Source: Octopus vulgaris (Eukaryota). From it: a DNA stretch of 64,000 nt. Positions within the stretch are counted from its first letter, which is position 1, and each line of letters opens with the position of its first letter. This document shows positions 52,634 through 64,000 of the stretch, in pieces. The notes under the pieces are model-generated. The model worked only from the letters and a program-made list of their open reading frames with translations. It was not told where the DNA came from and searched no databases. The position numbers and the translations under genes were made by a program. The stretch is taken from positions 67,704,001 through 67,768,000 of the forward strand of contig OX597825.1 of NCBI GenBank assembly GCA_951406725.2, given 5' to 3'.

Positions 52634-52982
52634 ATTTGGCTCAAAAGCAAATAGCAAGGCCATGTAGGGGAACATGGAGTTAAGTACAGGGTGGTGTTCA
52701 TGTAAAGAGTTCAGGCTACTTGAGGTCCAGGGAGGCTTTGAACAAAGCGGTCGTCGGCATCTTCACCATCTCGTCTGGCAGCTTGTTCCACGGATCCGCA
52801 ACCCGGACGGAGAAAGCTCCTCTCCTTCGATTGAGATGAAATCGTCGCAGATAGAGCTTTTCGGAATGACCCCGCAGCCGACGCTCTGGAGCAGGAGTGA
52901 AGAACAGCTCTTTCGAGAGGTTACACTTTCCGCTTATGATGTTGTATATGTCGAAGCAACGTAAGCTGTCCTTCAGCAAACC
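52598..52982 (-). mobile_element. CR1-type LINE 3' end with (TAAC)n tail
   Basis: LRGHSEKLYLRRFHLNRRRGAFSVRVADPWNKLPDEMV...FKASLD. Confidence 0.9.
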
Positions 52983-53005
52983 CTTCTGATATAGTCACTA
53001 TAAAT

Positions 53006-53071
53006 GCTATACTCATGGTCACACTCATGGCTATACTCATGGCCACACTCATGGCTATACTCATGGCTATA
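53006..53071. repeat. 12-bp minisatellite with alternating variants
   Basis: gctatactcatg / g(t,c)cacactcatg alternating, ~5.5 units. Confidence 0.9.
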
Positions 53072-53476
53072 AACCCGAAATTGTAATCTGGCTAGAGTAA
53101 CTTCAGATTTCTCAACAGTTCAACGTAGGTATTCTCTTTTTCACTAATCTTCAGCTTCATGTTAACATCTGCTGGACAGCTAATTTCCACATATGTACAC
53201 AATTTCTCTTCGTATCCCAAATCATTATATCAAGTCTGTTGTGCTTATATTTTATTGACGTTTTCACTGGGACATTCCACCATTACTTGTTTTTTATTAT
53301 GAGTGTCTATGGCATCTACCATACTGCTGGGTTCTTATTTCTTTGTCCCCGGGGTTATCCTTCCGACAGATTTCATTATAGAGTGTCCTAGCTACGTCAT
53401 GTTTTATCGGTAGATATACAATGATGACATTTTCGGACAACTGCTTATGATGTGGATGACATCTTCGGTATTAACT
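53066..53476 (-). mobile_element. R4/Dong-like LINE remnant (CCHC to RLE), same family as 47585-48105
   Basis: WWNVPVKTSIKYKHNRLDIMIWD...CTYVEISCPADVNMKLKISEKENTY; 53330-53476 matches 47585-47733. Confidence 0.8.
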
Positions 53477-55074
53477 CCGCATGCATGCATGTGGAGTTAA
53501 TATATTCGAACCATCACAGGTCGGCGATGCTTTTTCGTCTATAATTACTGATAAATTAAATACCTATCGGAAAAGATATATACGTATTGATCTCAATGTT
53601 ATGTACTCTACCTTACAATCTTACAAGCTGTAAAGAGAAGTGTGACAATCGCATCAGGTGAGAAATATCTAAGAATTAACATTGCTGCCCTTAAGTGATG
53701 TTCCATTGACATATAATGAACCGCTCATTTGTCAAGATAATGCCTTAAGTAATATTTTTCTCCATCCTTCCATAAGTTATCACTGGGAAGCTAAGTATGA
53801 TTGGCATTTATTGAAGTTAACAACGTCCATGTTGTAAGTAAGGGGTTTAATTGGTCGATAATATTTTTATATTCTCACTTTAAGAATTAATATTGTTGTT
53901 CTGTCAGCTATAAGCATGAACATTTAAATCCACTAAACGTGTAGAGTACTTGATTTTCTAGTATCTATCAAGGCACTCAAAACTGGTTGTTTCAATTTAT
54001 TTTTGGGTTCTTATTTCTGCTGCTATTATTGCCATCTTCGTTGACAAACTTCGTATTGGAAATATTCCAATAAGACTTTTATTGAGTTTTCGCTCAATGA
54101 ATATTGAATTTGTATTGCCTCTCTTTATTTTCTCTGGAATTCTCTAATACTTTCCTTTCATCTGGTTTCGCATGTTAAATCCAATATTTTATGGTCACTT
54201 TGAGAGTTTGGAAGATTTCTTTTTGGCTACGAATTATTTGTATTTTAGTTCCAATTCATAATCGGTTCAAAGCTTTTCGTCAGCCTTTGTTTAAAACCTT
54301 TACTTTCCTACTTCAATCGTTAAAATCTTATTCCTCTACTTCATTTCTCTTCATTTCTTAAAACCTTACAGTCGTTTGTCAAAACCTTACGTTCCTATTT
54401 CATTCGTTAAAACCATATCTCCCAATTTCTTTTGTTTATATCCCGGAGGTGGTGTTGGCAGGAGTGGTGGTTGTGCTGTTGTTGTTGTTTGTGGTGGTAC
54501 TGGTGGTAGTGGTGGTGGTGGCGGTGGTGGTGGTTAAACTATTTGGTAGTATACATTGGATATAAGTTTTCTTTGCATGCGTTTGTTAAAATTTCGTGAG
54601 AAAAGATGGCGTGATAAAATTCTAAAGAACTAAAAATGAAAATATGAATTTTAATCCTACGGCAACAAAGGGAAATTTTGCCACCACCTTTAAACGAATA
54701 AATCACCAAACCTTTTCCGTATAATTAATTATCCACCTTAATTAAGGCATTAATCTACCAATAATCGCTTATAACAACATGCAATAAAGAATCCAGTACA
54801 ACGACTGACGTTATCTTCTTATGTGATAGAATGTTGTTCGTGCTATCGCCCATTGTCTGGTGGCGAAAAGGTTTGACTTGAAACGTTGTTGGGTTTGAAT
54901 ATCTAATCAGAGATACTTTATGTCATTATGTTGCGGGAATTCTGCCAAAACCTTAGCGGCATTCAGGCATCCTAAGTGCACGGACGTAGGAGAGAAAATG
55001 TTCATCAGTTGGCAACATACGGTTGTTGATTGGCCAACGTACTTTGTATAATGAAACGTACTTACGTATATTCT

Positions 55075-55281
55075 TTTTTTCTTCTTACTTGTTTCAGTCA
55101 TTTGACTGTGGCCATGCTGGAGCACTGCCTTTAGCCGAATCAAATCGACCCCAGGACTTATTCTTTGTAAGGCTAGTACTTATTCTATCGGTCTCTTTTG
55201 CCGAACCGCTAATTTACCGAGACCTAAACCACACCACCATCGGTTGTCAAGCGATGTTGGGGGTACAAACACAGATATACA

Positions 55282-55355
<74 letters not shown>

Positions 55356-55456
55356 TTAAATATAAGAGAGTTACCGCTAAGTGGTTAACTCTAGTGCTAA
55401 AAATAGCTTCTTTATAGGAGAGAAAGAGAGAGAGAGGGTATATGGGTGGGTGAGAG

Positions 55457-55499
<43 letters not shown>

Positions 55500-55666
55500 T
55501 ATGACGGGCTTCTTTCAGTTCCCGTCTACCAAATCCACTCACAAGGCTTTGGTCGGCCCGAGGCTATAGTAGAAGACACTTGCCCAAGGTGCCATGCAGT
55601 GGGACTAAACCTGGAACCATGTGGTTGGTAAGCAAGCTACTTACCACACAGCCACTCCTGCGCCTA
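55075..55666 (-). mobile_element. SINE group B with an expanded, interrupted internal microsatellite
   Basis: 3' half at 55075-55275, 5' half at 55500-55666. Confidence 0.88.
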
Positions 55667-55949
55667 TATATGTATATGTGTATGTATTATGTATGTATAA
55701 TTTTACTTTATCGATTAGAATTCTTCCTTGAAGGAAGGGATTGTTTTCTAACGGAGAAGCAAAATTTCTATCAATGGAATATGAATAAAAACAACGATAG
55801 TTGTTGCATATCGGACATAAAGAATGTGTTGTATTCTTTTATTGTTCCACTTATAGACAGTATATGTGAGGTTGGTTTTAGTCAGCCTCTTTCTCTGCTT
55901 CCAGATTATCGCTCAGACATTTACTTACATAACATGATTATGAGTATAA

Positions 55950-56493
55950 ATAGACAAAGTCGACCTCGATAGAATTTGAACTCAGAGAGTAAAACCGGAG
56001 GAGAAGCTGCTAGGCATGTTACCCTGTGCGCTAAGGATTCTACCAAGTCACCACCTTATGGCTTCAAATTTTGGTACAAGACCAACAATTGCAGGGATGG
56101 AGATAAGTCTATTACAAAGACCCCCCCCCAGTGTCCAAACGGTACTTGCTTTATCGACTCCGAAGGATGAAAGGCAAAGTCTACTACCTCGGAATTTCAA
56201 CTCGGACCGTAAAGATGGACGAAATACTGTAAGCATTTTTCCCGGCATGCTGACGATTCTTATTTCTTTATTGCCCACAAGAGTCTAAACACAGAGAGAA
56301 CAAACAAGGACAGACAAAAACGGATTAAGTCGATTATATCAACCCCAGTGCGTCACTGGTACTTAATTTATCGACCCCGAAAGGATGAAAGGCAAAGGCG
56401 ACCTCGACGGAAATTGAACTCAGAACGTAACGGCAGACGAAATACCGCTAAGCAATTCGCCCGGCGTGCTAACGAGTGTGCTAGCTCTCTGCC
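55950..56493 (-). mobile_element. SINE group A cluster (degenerate unit + dimer)
   Basis: Junction gctgacgattct/tatttcttt near 56260. Confidence 0.85.
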
Positions 56494-56499
56494 TTAATA

Positions 56500-56540
<41 letters not shown>

Positions 56541-57132
56541 AATAATAATAATAATAATAATAATATTAATGATAATAATAATAAAGAATAATCAAATGTT
56601 AAAGTAAAACACACAATTTATGTACGTATTAAAGTACCGCTATCAAAACAGGCTGGAAGATTCATTAATTAAAATTCCAGAAATGAACATTAAGTCAATG
56701 TAATTAGTTAAGCGTCGATAATGTTTGCATGGAAAAGTCATTTATCTCGTTAACTAATAGGAAACGTTTTACCTAGATTATGAATTAACTGTTTAATACG
56801 CACAGAAAATATTGATATTAGATATCAATTAAAAATTAATACCAGATAATTATGATGTCAATTTTTGCTAATTAGTTTCATTTTATCACACATCTTCCTG
56901 GATATTTCACACTATTTTGTTCTAGTTGACTCACAATCTCGTATACTGATAAAACAAACACCAACCCACACACCCACGCTTTCTCTCTCACCCACCCATA
57001 TACTCTCTTTCTCTCTCTTTCTCTCTCTCTTTCTCTCTCTCCCGACTCTGTTTGCCTTCAAGTCCGTTCGTAAATATGTATGTACATGACTGATTATATT
57101 ATATGTGCGGAGGAGCATATGTGTGTATACAT

Positions 57133-57240
<108 letters not shown>

Positions 57241-57249
57241 TATATAATA

Positions 57250-57630
57250 CTAGCAGTATCGCCCGGTGTTGCTCGGGTTTGTAAGGGAAATAACTATAAA
57301 GCATTTTTAGAGAGTTATAGCCAAAAAATAGCAAAAACATGGGGAAAAAAATGATGGTAAATTTTTTTTGATAGTTAAAAAGGTCGAGTTGCGTCCCCTA
57401 GACCATCTGTGGTTTGTGTTTCTGATTGTCGACCCCATGTCGAATTTATCGATCTTTTTCAGAACTGGGGGAACTTTTCAAAATTTTCGCTGCGTTAGTT
57501 TTGAATTATGACATTGGGCTATGTGTGTGTCAAGTTTCATCAGAATCGGTTGAAAGCCGTGGTCAGGGTGAGGGTACAACCAGACAGACACACAGAAACA
57601 CACACAGACAAACTGCCGTTTATATAGAGA
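57250..57630 (-). mobile_element. Non-autonomous Helitron
   Basis: Minus strand reads A|TCTCTATATAAA...CCCGAGCAACACCGGGCGATACTGCTAG|T: 5'-TC, subterminal hairpin, 3'-CTAG, A/T insertion site, no TSD. Confidence 0.82.
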
Positions 57631-58037
57631 TATATATATATATATACATTGTATATATGTGTTATCTATATGCATATATATTTGTACACATGTAACTGTC
57701 GTATGGGCACATATATATATATAAAGAGCAAGAAGAAGAAGAAGAAGAAGAAGAAGAAGGATGATGATGATGATGATGATGAAGATGATGATGACGATGT
57801 CAGCGACGACCAAGTTGAAAACGAAAATGTCTCAGATATATATGTATACATTTATATATATATATGCGTGTGTGTGTGTATATATATTTATATATATATA
57901 TACATACACATACACACACATTCACATACTTACCATTCAATATACATGATGTATATATATATAGAGAGAGAGGGGGGAGAAAGAGAGTGATGGCTTGTTA
58001 CCGCATAACTCTGAAATATTTAGATATGTAATATTTC

Positions 58038-58079
<42 letters not shown>

Positions 58080-58085
<6 letters not shown>

Positions 58086-58312
58086 ATCCAAACAAGAAAG
58101 CACAAAAAAAACACAACAACGCGAGGACGTGGAACAAATATAGTATTATTGGACGCTCAGGAAGAAGGAAAGAAGGAGGGTTTAACGTTTCGAGCGGAGC
58201 TCTTCGTCGGAAACATTGGAGAAGGAAAGATCCAGAGAAGGAAAGATCCAGAGAAGGAAAGACAGAGGGAAAAAAATCGCCAACGGTACACACGCGGTCA
58301 CATTTTGAACAA
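58080..58312 (-). mobile_element. Solo PLE pLTR-like mini-element (family H3) next to (TA)n
   Basis: Contains a minimal hammerhead; context resembles 46740-46850. Confidence 0.6.
58180..58214 (-). ncRNA. Minimal type I hammerhead-like motif, CCGACGA core
   Basis: GUUU-CCGACGA-A-GAGC-UCC-GCUC-GAAA-CG-UU-AAAC. Confidence 0.62.
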
Positions 58313-58607
58313 ATATACATGTGCATGTGTGTGTGTACATCTATATGTATTTATATATGTATGCATACAGGCGACTGGGCAAAGGAAAGAAAAAGGCCTT
58401 CAACGCGTTAAGTACGAGTTGTATATTATTTGAAGCAGTCTAAACCCACGCACACAAAGATAAGGATCCACCCTGGCTGTCGCTCCCAGAAAATAGAGGA
58501 TTTACTTGCATTAGGAAAACTGAAGGTATGACACTACTAAGTCATACGTCTCCACATACACACACGCACACACACGTACACAGACATACACACACATATA
58601 TACATAT

Positions 58608-58752
58608 AAACTTAGCGGTTCGGCATAAAAGACCGATAGAATAAGTACTAGGCTCACAAAGAATAAGTCCTGGGGTCGTTTTGTTCGACTAAAGGCGGTG
58701 CTCCAACATGGCGACAGTCAAATGACTGAAACAAATAAAAGAGTAAAAGGGT
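58608..58752 (+). mobile_element. SINE group B 3' half
   Basis: aacttagcggttcggc...aaaagagtaaaag. Confidence 0.85.
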
Positions 58753-58856
58753 AATTAGGTGGTAGCTTACCTGTAATAGATTTTACCGAAAATAATACTG
58801 CAGAAAATAATTTACTTCAGTAGCTTTTGCCGGTTAGAGAACGTATTGAAATTTAG

Positions 58857-59432
58857 ATTTTAAACGAATGTGAGAAATTGGATATTAATTTAATTAACAT
58901 CAATTTAACATCAGTGGTCTAGCATATTAAAATTTGAAAGTTCAGTAACTTGTATTATATACATATAAGAGGGATGACCACCATGGTGTGCCAAAACGAG
59001 GATTTTTGAAAGGTAACCGCAAGTGTAATAGGTAGAACTATATACAGGTCTGACCACATGCAGACGTCATCGCATATATTTCAGCAAATTATATTTTTAT
59101 GGACGGTCACACTGAAGATCTACGGACAATTGCGTAAGTAAAATTACGTAATCTGTTAGTAGTGAAACATGTATATGAATAATCTGCATTTTGTTACTTT
59201 TCATTTGTCTTGCTCTCTTATGTTCTGGTGTTTGCTGAATTTTTTCTTGGGAACATTTCTTAGTGGTAAGACCAAAGCGGACCTACTTCTAGCATAAGGG
59301 TTCTCCACATAGTGGTCATCCCCCTTATACGTATATAATACAATTTACTGAACTTTCAAATTTTAATATGCTAGACCACTGGTGTTAAATTGATATTAAT
59401 TAAATTAATATCCAAATTCTCACCCTCATTTG

Positions 59433-59436
<4 letters not shown>
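58857..59436. mobile_element. ~580-bp element with ~133-bp inverted arms, abutting (TA)n
   Basis: ttggatattaatttaattaa...gatgaccac vs gtggtcatc...ttaattaaattaatatccaa. Confidence 0.82.
59109..59156 (+). ncRNA. Degenerate type I hammerhead-like motif inside the inverted-arm element
   Basis: ACA-CUGAAGA-UCUACG..CGUAAG-UAAAA (G12 lost)-UUACGUAA-UC-UGU; palindromic stem III. Confidence 0.4.
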
Positions 59437-59765
<329 letters not shown>

Positions 59766-60129
59766 ACACACCTGTAGGGAGCAAATAATTGAGGAGTGAA
59801 TATTTGCGAAGATGGTATTAAATATTATTATTAAATATTATCACCTGCCTCATCGCGATAAAAAAAAAATTATCCAACCCGTCGCGTTGAAGCTTGCGAT
59901 GCATTGATTCGTTTTGCGCCAAAATATTCCAGTCTCAGTGTGAAAAGAATTCCAGTTAGGAGCAAATAATTCAAGAGTGAATATTTGCGAATACATTATT
60001 AAATATTATCGCGGGTAATATAAGTAAATTGATAACAGCAGAATTAATAATATAGACGATTGCAGCTCCCATAAAAAAAAAAAACATTAAGTAGCTGAAG
60101 GATTAAAATTTATATTAATCAAAAGAAAT

Positions 60130-60243
60130 ACTGTGTATGTTTGCCTGCTAGAAATAACAGTCAAAACTCTTAGTTATTATCAGTGTTATTTTTCAGTGGT
60201 TTAAATAAGACTGTTATTTCCAGCAGGTAGACAGACTCAGTAT
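60130..60243. repeat. Small foldback (MITE-like), ~32-bp arms
   Basis: ctgtgtatgtttgcctgctagaaataacagtc / gactgttatttccagcaggtagacagactcag. Confidence 0.7.
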
Positions 60244-60252
60244 GTCTTTTGA

Positions 60253-60348
<96 letters not shown>

Positions 60349-60367
60349 TATATACATGTATACATAT

Positions 60368-60530
60368 ATACGACAGGCTTCTTCCAGTTTCCGTCTACCA
60401 AATCCATTCACAAGGCTTTGGTTGGCCCGAGGCTATAGTAGAAGACACTTGCCCAAGGTGCCATGCAGTGGAACTGTTCTCGGAAGCATGTGCTTGGGAA
60501 GCGAGCTTCTTAACACATAGCCACGTCTAC
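60368..60530 (-). mobile_element. SINE group B 5' half
   Basis: cgacaggcttcttccagtttccgtctaccaaatcc... Confidence 0.85.
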
Positions 60531-60571
60531 GTAAACGGTGTTTCTGGAAGCGAATTCAGCTATAAACCATA

Positions 60572-60885
60572 ACGCATTGGTGATTAGCGCATTCGGCACA
60601 CGATTGTAAGGTCGTCAGTTCGATTCCCGGCGACGCGTTGTGTCCTTGAGCAAGACACTTTATTTCACGTTGCCCCAGTCCCACTCAGCTAGCAAAAATG
60701 AGTTGTACCTGTATTTCAAAGGGCCGGCCTTGTCACACTCTGTGTCACGCTGAATCTTCCTGAGAACTACGTTAGGGATACACGTGTCCGTGGAATGCTC
60801 AGCCACTTGCACGTTAATTTCACGAGCAGGCTGTCCCGTTGATCGTATCAGCTGGGACCCTCGTCGTCGTAACCGACGGAGTGTT
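60572..60885 (+). mobile_element. tRNA-headed SINE with CORE-like middle and group C tail 1
   Basis: gttcgattcccgg..gttgtgtccttgagcaagacact.. then ttgtacctgtatttcaaagggccggcc...gtaaccgacggagtg. Confidence 0.85.
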
Positions 60886-60955
60886 CCTATATATCTATAT
60901 ATATATATATATATCTATGTGTGTGTGTGTGTATATATATATGTATATATATATA

Positions 60956-60992
<37 letters not shown>

Positions 60993-60994
60993 AG

Positions 60995-61067
<73 letters not shown>

Positions 61068-61075
61068 TATATATA

Positions 61076-61120
<45 letters not shown>

Positions 61121-61819
61121 CTGCGTTTGCAATACTTTTTTCATTCGGCGTCAACAGCCCTTCTTATCTTGTTTTCCCTGTCCTGTCTTTTACTGTTATA
61201 TATATTTTTGTTACTGTTTATATTTTTGTACTGTCGTTACTGTCCTGTTTTTTTACCATTTTTTTACCATTTTTTACCCCTCTGCGAAAAGATCTCAGAA
61301 TTTTAATTGATTTGCTTTTCGCAGGAAGGAAAGTTTCTTGTCGAAGATACGTCTCGCTTTTATCCTTCGAAACGTAGAGTAGATGAAACCTTAGCGACTG
61401 AAGAAGGGGTTTTTTCGTTGTGTTAATTGTCCTGTACTCCATTTTTGTTGTTTTTAAAAAAAATGTCCTGTTCCTTTGGTTTGTGTCTATGTTTTCGTTT
61501 CTCTTTGTGTTCGACGTCCCTTTGGTGTCCTGTACTCATATATGCGTGTATATGTACATGTAGAGGTAGGTACGTACATATATGTTTATATATATGCATA
61601 TGTTTTATTTCATTTATTAATATATATATATATATAGAGAGAGAGATAGAATGGTTTTATACTGTCAATCTAACAAGAACGTGACAGTAGGGGGTACACC
61701 ACCGCTGTATAGCCCTAGGAAGCATCGAACGCCTCCTGATAGCTTTGACACATTTTTTCCCTGTGTCCTTATATACATATACGAAGGGGAGACAAACACC
61801 CCCGGCTGCCGGAACTGCA

Positions 61820-61865
61820 TCTAGGGACACCGTGTTTCAGGATCGTTGTCCTTCATCAGCCTAGA
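61820..61865 (-). ncRNA. Type I hammerhead ribozyme, canonical core (family H4)
   Basis: UCUAGG-CUGAUGA-AGGA(CAACGA)UCCU-GAAA-CACGGUG-UC-CCUAGA: all three stems and a GUC cleavage triplet. Confidence 0.85.
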
Positions 61866-62109
61866 GTAGTAGACACCGGTCAGCTGGTGATATTTGCCTC
61901 GACTTCGTAATTGTATATATCTATATTCAGAGAAGTTGACTCACTGATTATCAAAATATATATATATATATATATATATACAATATATATGTGTGTGTAT
62001 ATGTATATATATATATATATATATATACGTTGAACCTGAAAATGCATAAATTTGAGAAGAACCAGCCTGCGGGCGCTCCCTTCCTGTTAACAAGTACATT
62101 TAACATAAA

Positions 62110-62870
62110 TTCTATCATCCTCACCTTTATAGTTCCCAGTCATGATTGTTGCCTCTAAGGCATGGGGTTGCATCGCTGTCACCATCAGTCTGGTGCCATT
62201 GTTGTTTGTTCCTTCTCGAGCCACGCCTGGCTCATAAGGGCCGGTTTCCCGGTTTCTTGGAGTATAGGTTCCCCACCTGGACGGGACGCCGGTCCGTCGC
62301 AGGTGAGCTGCAAGATGCAGGAGGAAAGAGTGAGAGAAAGTTGTGGCAAAAGAGTCCGGAGCCGCGTGGAGTCCATTACCTTCTGCCGGAGCCGCGTGGA
62401 GCTTAGGTGTTTCGCTCATAAACACACACATCGCCCGGTCTGAGATTCGAACCCACGATCCCTTAACCGCGAGTCTGCTGCTCTAACCACTAGGCCATGT
62501 GCCTCCACAGTCTGGTGTCATTGCTCCAGACAGGCCTCCTTTCTTAAGTGTTAAGTGGTGAGGTAGCTTCCCAGATTGCTGTAGAGAGTTCAGGAATTCA
62601 GTTGGAAAAGCTACAGCCTGGTCCTGATCATCGTCTGTGTCGAGAGATTTGGAAGACTGTTCTTGTCCGTGCAACAACTGCAAGAGATCCCATATTAATT
62701 TTGTTGACAGCATCATTACGTGGGGCCAAAATGGCCCACATACAGAGCCATTGACTGATGCTAAAGCTTTGTGCAATGTTTGGGAGCACATGCATTATGA
62801 GATCATTGACCATTGGTACCATCTCACCACAAGCTTTCTGCACACCACCCCCAACAACTTTGGATCATGA
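62110..62870 (-). mobile_element. Helitron Pif1-like helicase remnant, interrupted by a SINE
   Basis: WLCMWAILAPRNDAVNKIN; FPTEFLNSLQQSGKLPHHLTLKKG; NGTRLMV...LEATIMTG..KGED. Confidence 0.85.
62202..62507 (-). mobile_element. SINE group C head with tail 3, full length
   Basis: 16-bp TSD cagtctggtg(c/t)cattg (62186-62201, 62508-62523). Confidence 0.92.
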
Positions 62871-63006
62871 TAACTTAAAGAAAAATTGATTTTTTAAATG
62901 AAATTTTCTACAAATATGCGTTATATCATGTAGATTCAGAATATACAACTTTTAGGTGAAGAAAGTGTTTTAAGAGAAGATGGTGGAGGATTTTAGGAAA
63001 ATCACC

Positions 63007-63402
63007 GGAGTCCAATTCAGTTCGTCTTAACTTTCAGTAAAAGGGATATTTTTTAATGAAATTGTCTGAAAATATACCTCGGACTATGTAGATTCCATGC
63101 ATATAGGATTTGTGGGAAAAACGATCGGGGGTTATTTTTTGCGAACTGTTCCTCACTGGGGGAGAGGTTCGGAACAAGCCGTCCATGTTTGTTTCAGTTT
63201 CTCCGTTTTGTGCGTTTGTGCATCCGTATATAACCCTTAAAGCTACTCTTAAAATTTCAGGAAAAAAATTGAAAAGTTAAGGAGTGGGTGTATTAAAATG
63301 TCTAAAAGTAGATTTTTGCATATTCAGAACCTCCGTTGAAGACAAAGTCGGAATCTGTATAAAAAATAAAGCACAAAGGGGTGGTATGCGTATTCTCAGT
63401 GT

Positions 63403-63467
<65 letters not shown>

Positions 63468-64000
63468 GAAAAAAGGTTCAAACGGGGAATTATTCCATTC
63501 AATATCATGTTTATTGTAGAGATTATGTAACAAATTATACTTTACACTTCTATATTAAACTGTGCGGGTATATTCCTTATTTTTGCTTCTGGTGTCTTCT
63601 GCCTTTCTATTAGAACTGTGTACCTGGGAATTTACTTAAAGTGAAAAAAGAATCGAATGCAACAGATAAGTCGTCTTAATAATACACATCTGTGTACCAG
63701 ATATCTAGCTGTTATTTTTAGCATGAGTTTTCTGGTGAGGGCTTCATTTGCCTTCATTGCCTGTTGCTTCAGTAGAAATCTACGGATGCATAAACGCACA
63801 AAATAGAGAAAATGTAGCAAATATAGACGACTTGTTCCGAAACACCCCCAATTGGGGAAGAGTTCGCAAAAATGGTCCCCAGTTGTTTTCTCCCAAAATT
63901 CCAATATGCTGGGAATCTACATAGTCCGAGGTATATTTGTAGACAATTTCATTAAAAAATATCCATTTTCCTGAAAGTTAAGCAAATTGATGTGGACTCC
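63007..64000. mobile_element. Long-TIR foldback/MITE (arms 63007-63230 and 63780-64000), running off the window
   Basis: atatacctcggactatgtagattcc / ggaatctacatagtccgaggtatat; ttttgtgcgtttgtgcatccgta / tacggatgcataaacgcacaaaa. Confidence 0.8.

Noticed and set aside
53006-53071. Regularly spaced repeats as a CRISPR-like array (also the ~29-bp units at 54290-54430)
   Set aside because: Contiguous minisatellites without unique spacers, in a eukaryotic context with no cas genes
57725-57830. Poly-K/poly-D peptide
   Set aside because: (AAG)n(ATG)n microsatellite between TA tracts, no splice context
59775-60012. ~55-bp direct repeat about 180 bp apart
   Set aside because: Real, but a short ordinary local duplication with no further structure

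Overview
AT-rich, intronic or intergenic metazoan DNA. The SINE repertoire and microsatellite load point to an octopus (coleoid cephalopod) genome; this is inferred from recognised repeat families, not from a search. No confident host gene is present. There are two weak candidate exons (6979-7085 +, 35480-35685 -), and almost all supplied ORFs are microsatellite or SINE artefacts. The window is a mosaic of about 40 tRNA-headed SINE copies from three modular groups, plus remnants of R4/Dong-like, RTE, CR1/L2-like and L1/Tx1-like LINEs, Penelope-like elements (PLEs), three Tc1/mariner types, Helitrons, foldback elements and many microsatellites. The most notable signal is a cluster of about 10 type I hammerhead-ribozyme-like motifs with palindromic (dimer-type) stem III. 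They belong to several unrelated small elements that sit mostly in (TA)n tracts, and three families carry a CUGA->CCGA core change. The window also shows two apparent SINE-LINE 3'-tail partnerships, head-to-tail SINE concatemers with fixed junctions, SINE head/tail shuffling, and several short local templated duplications.
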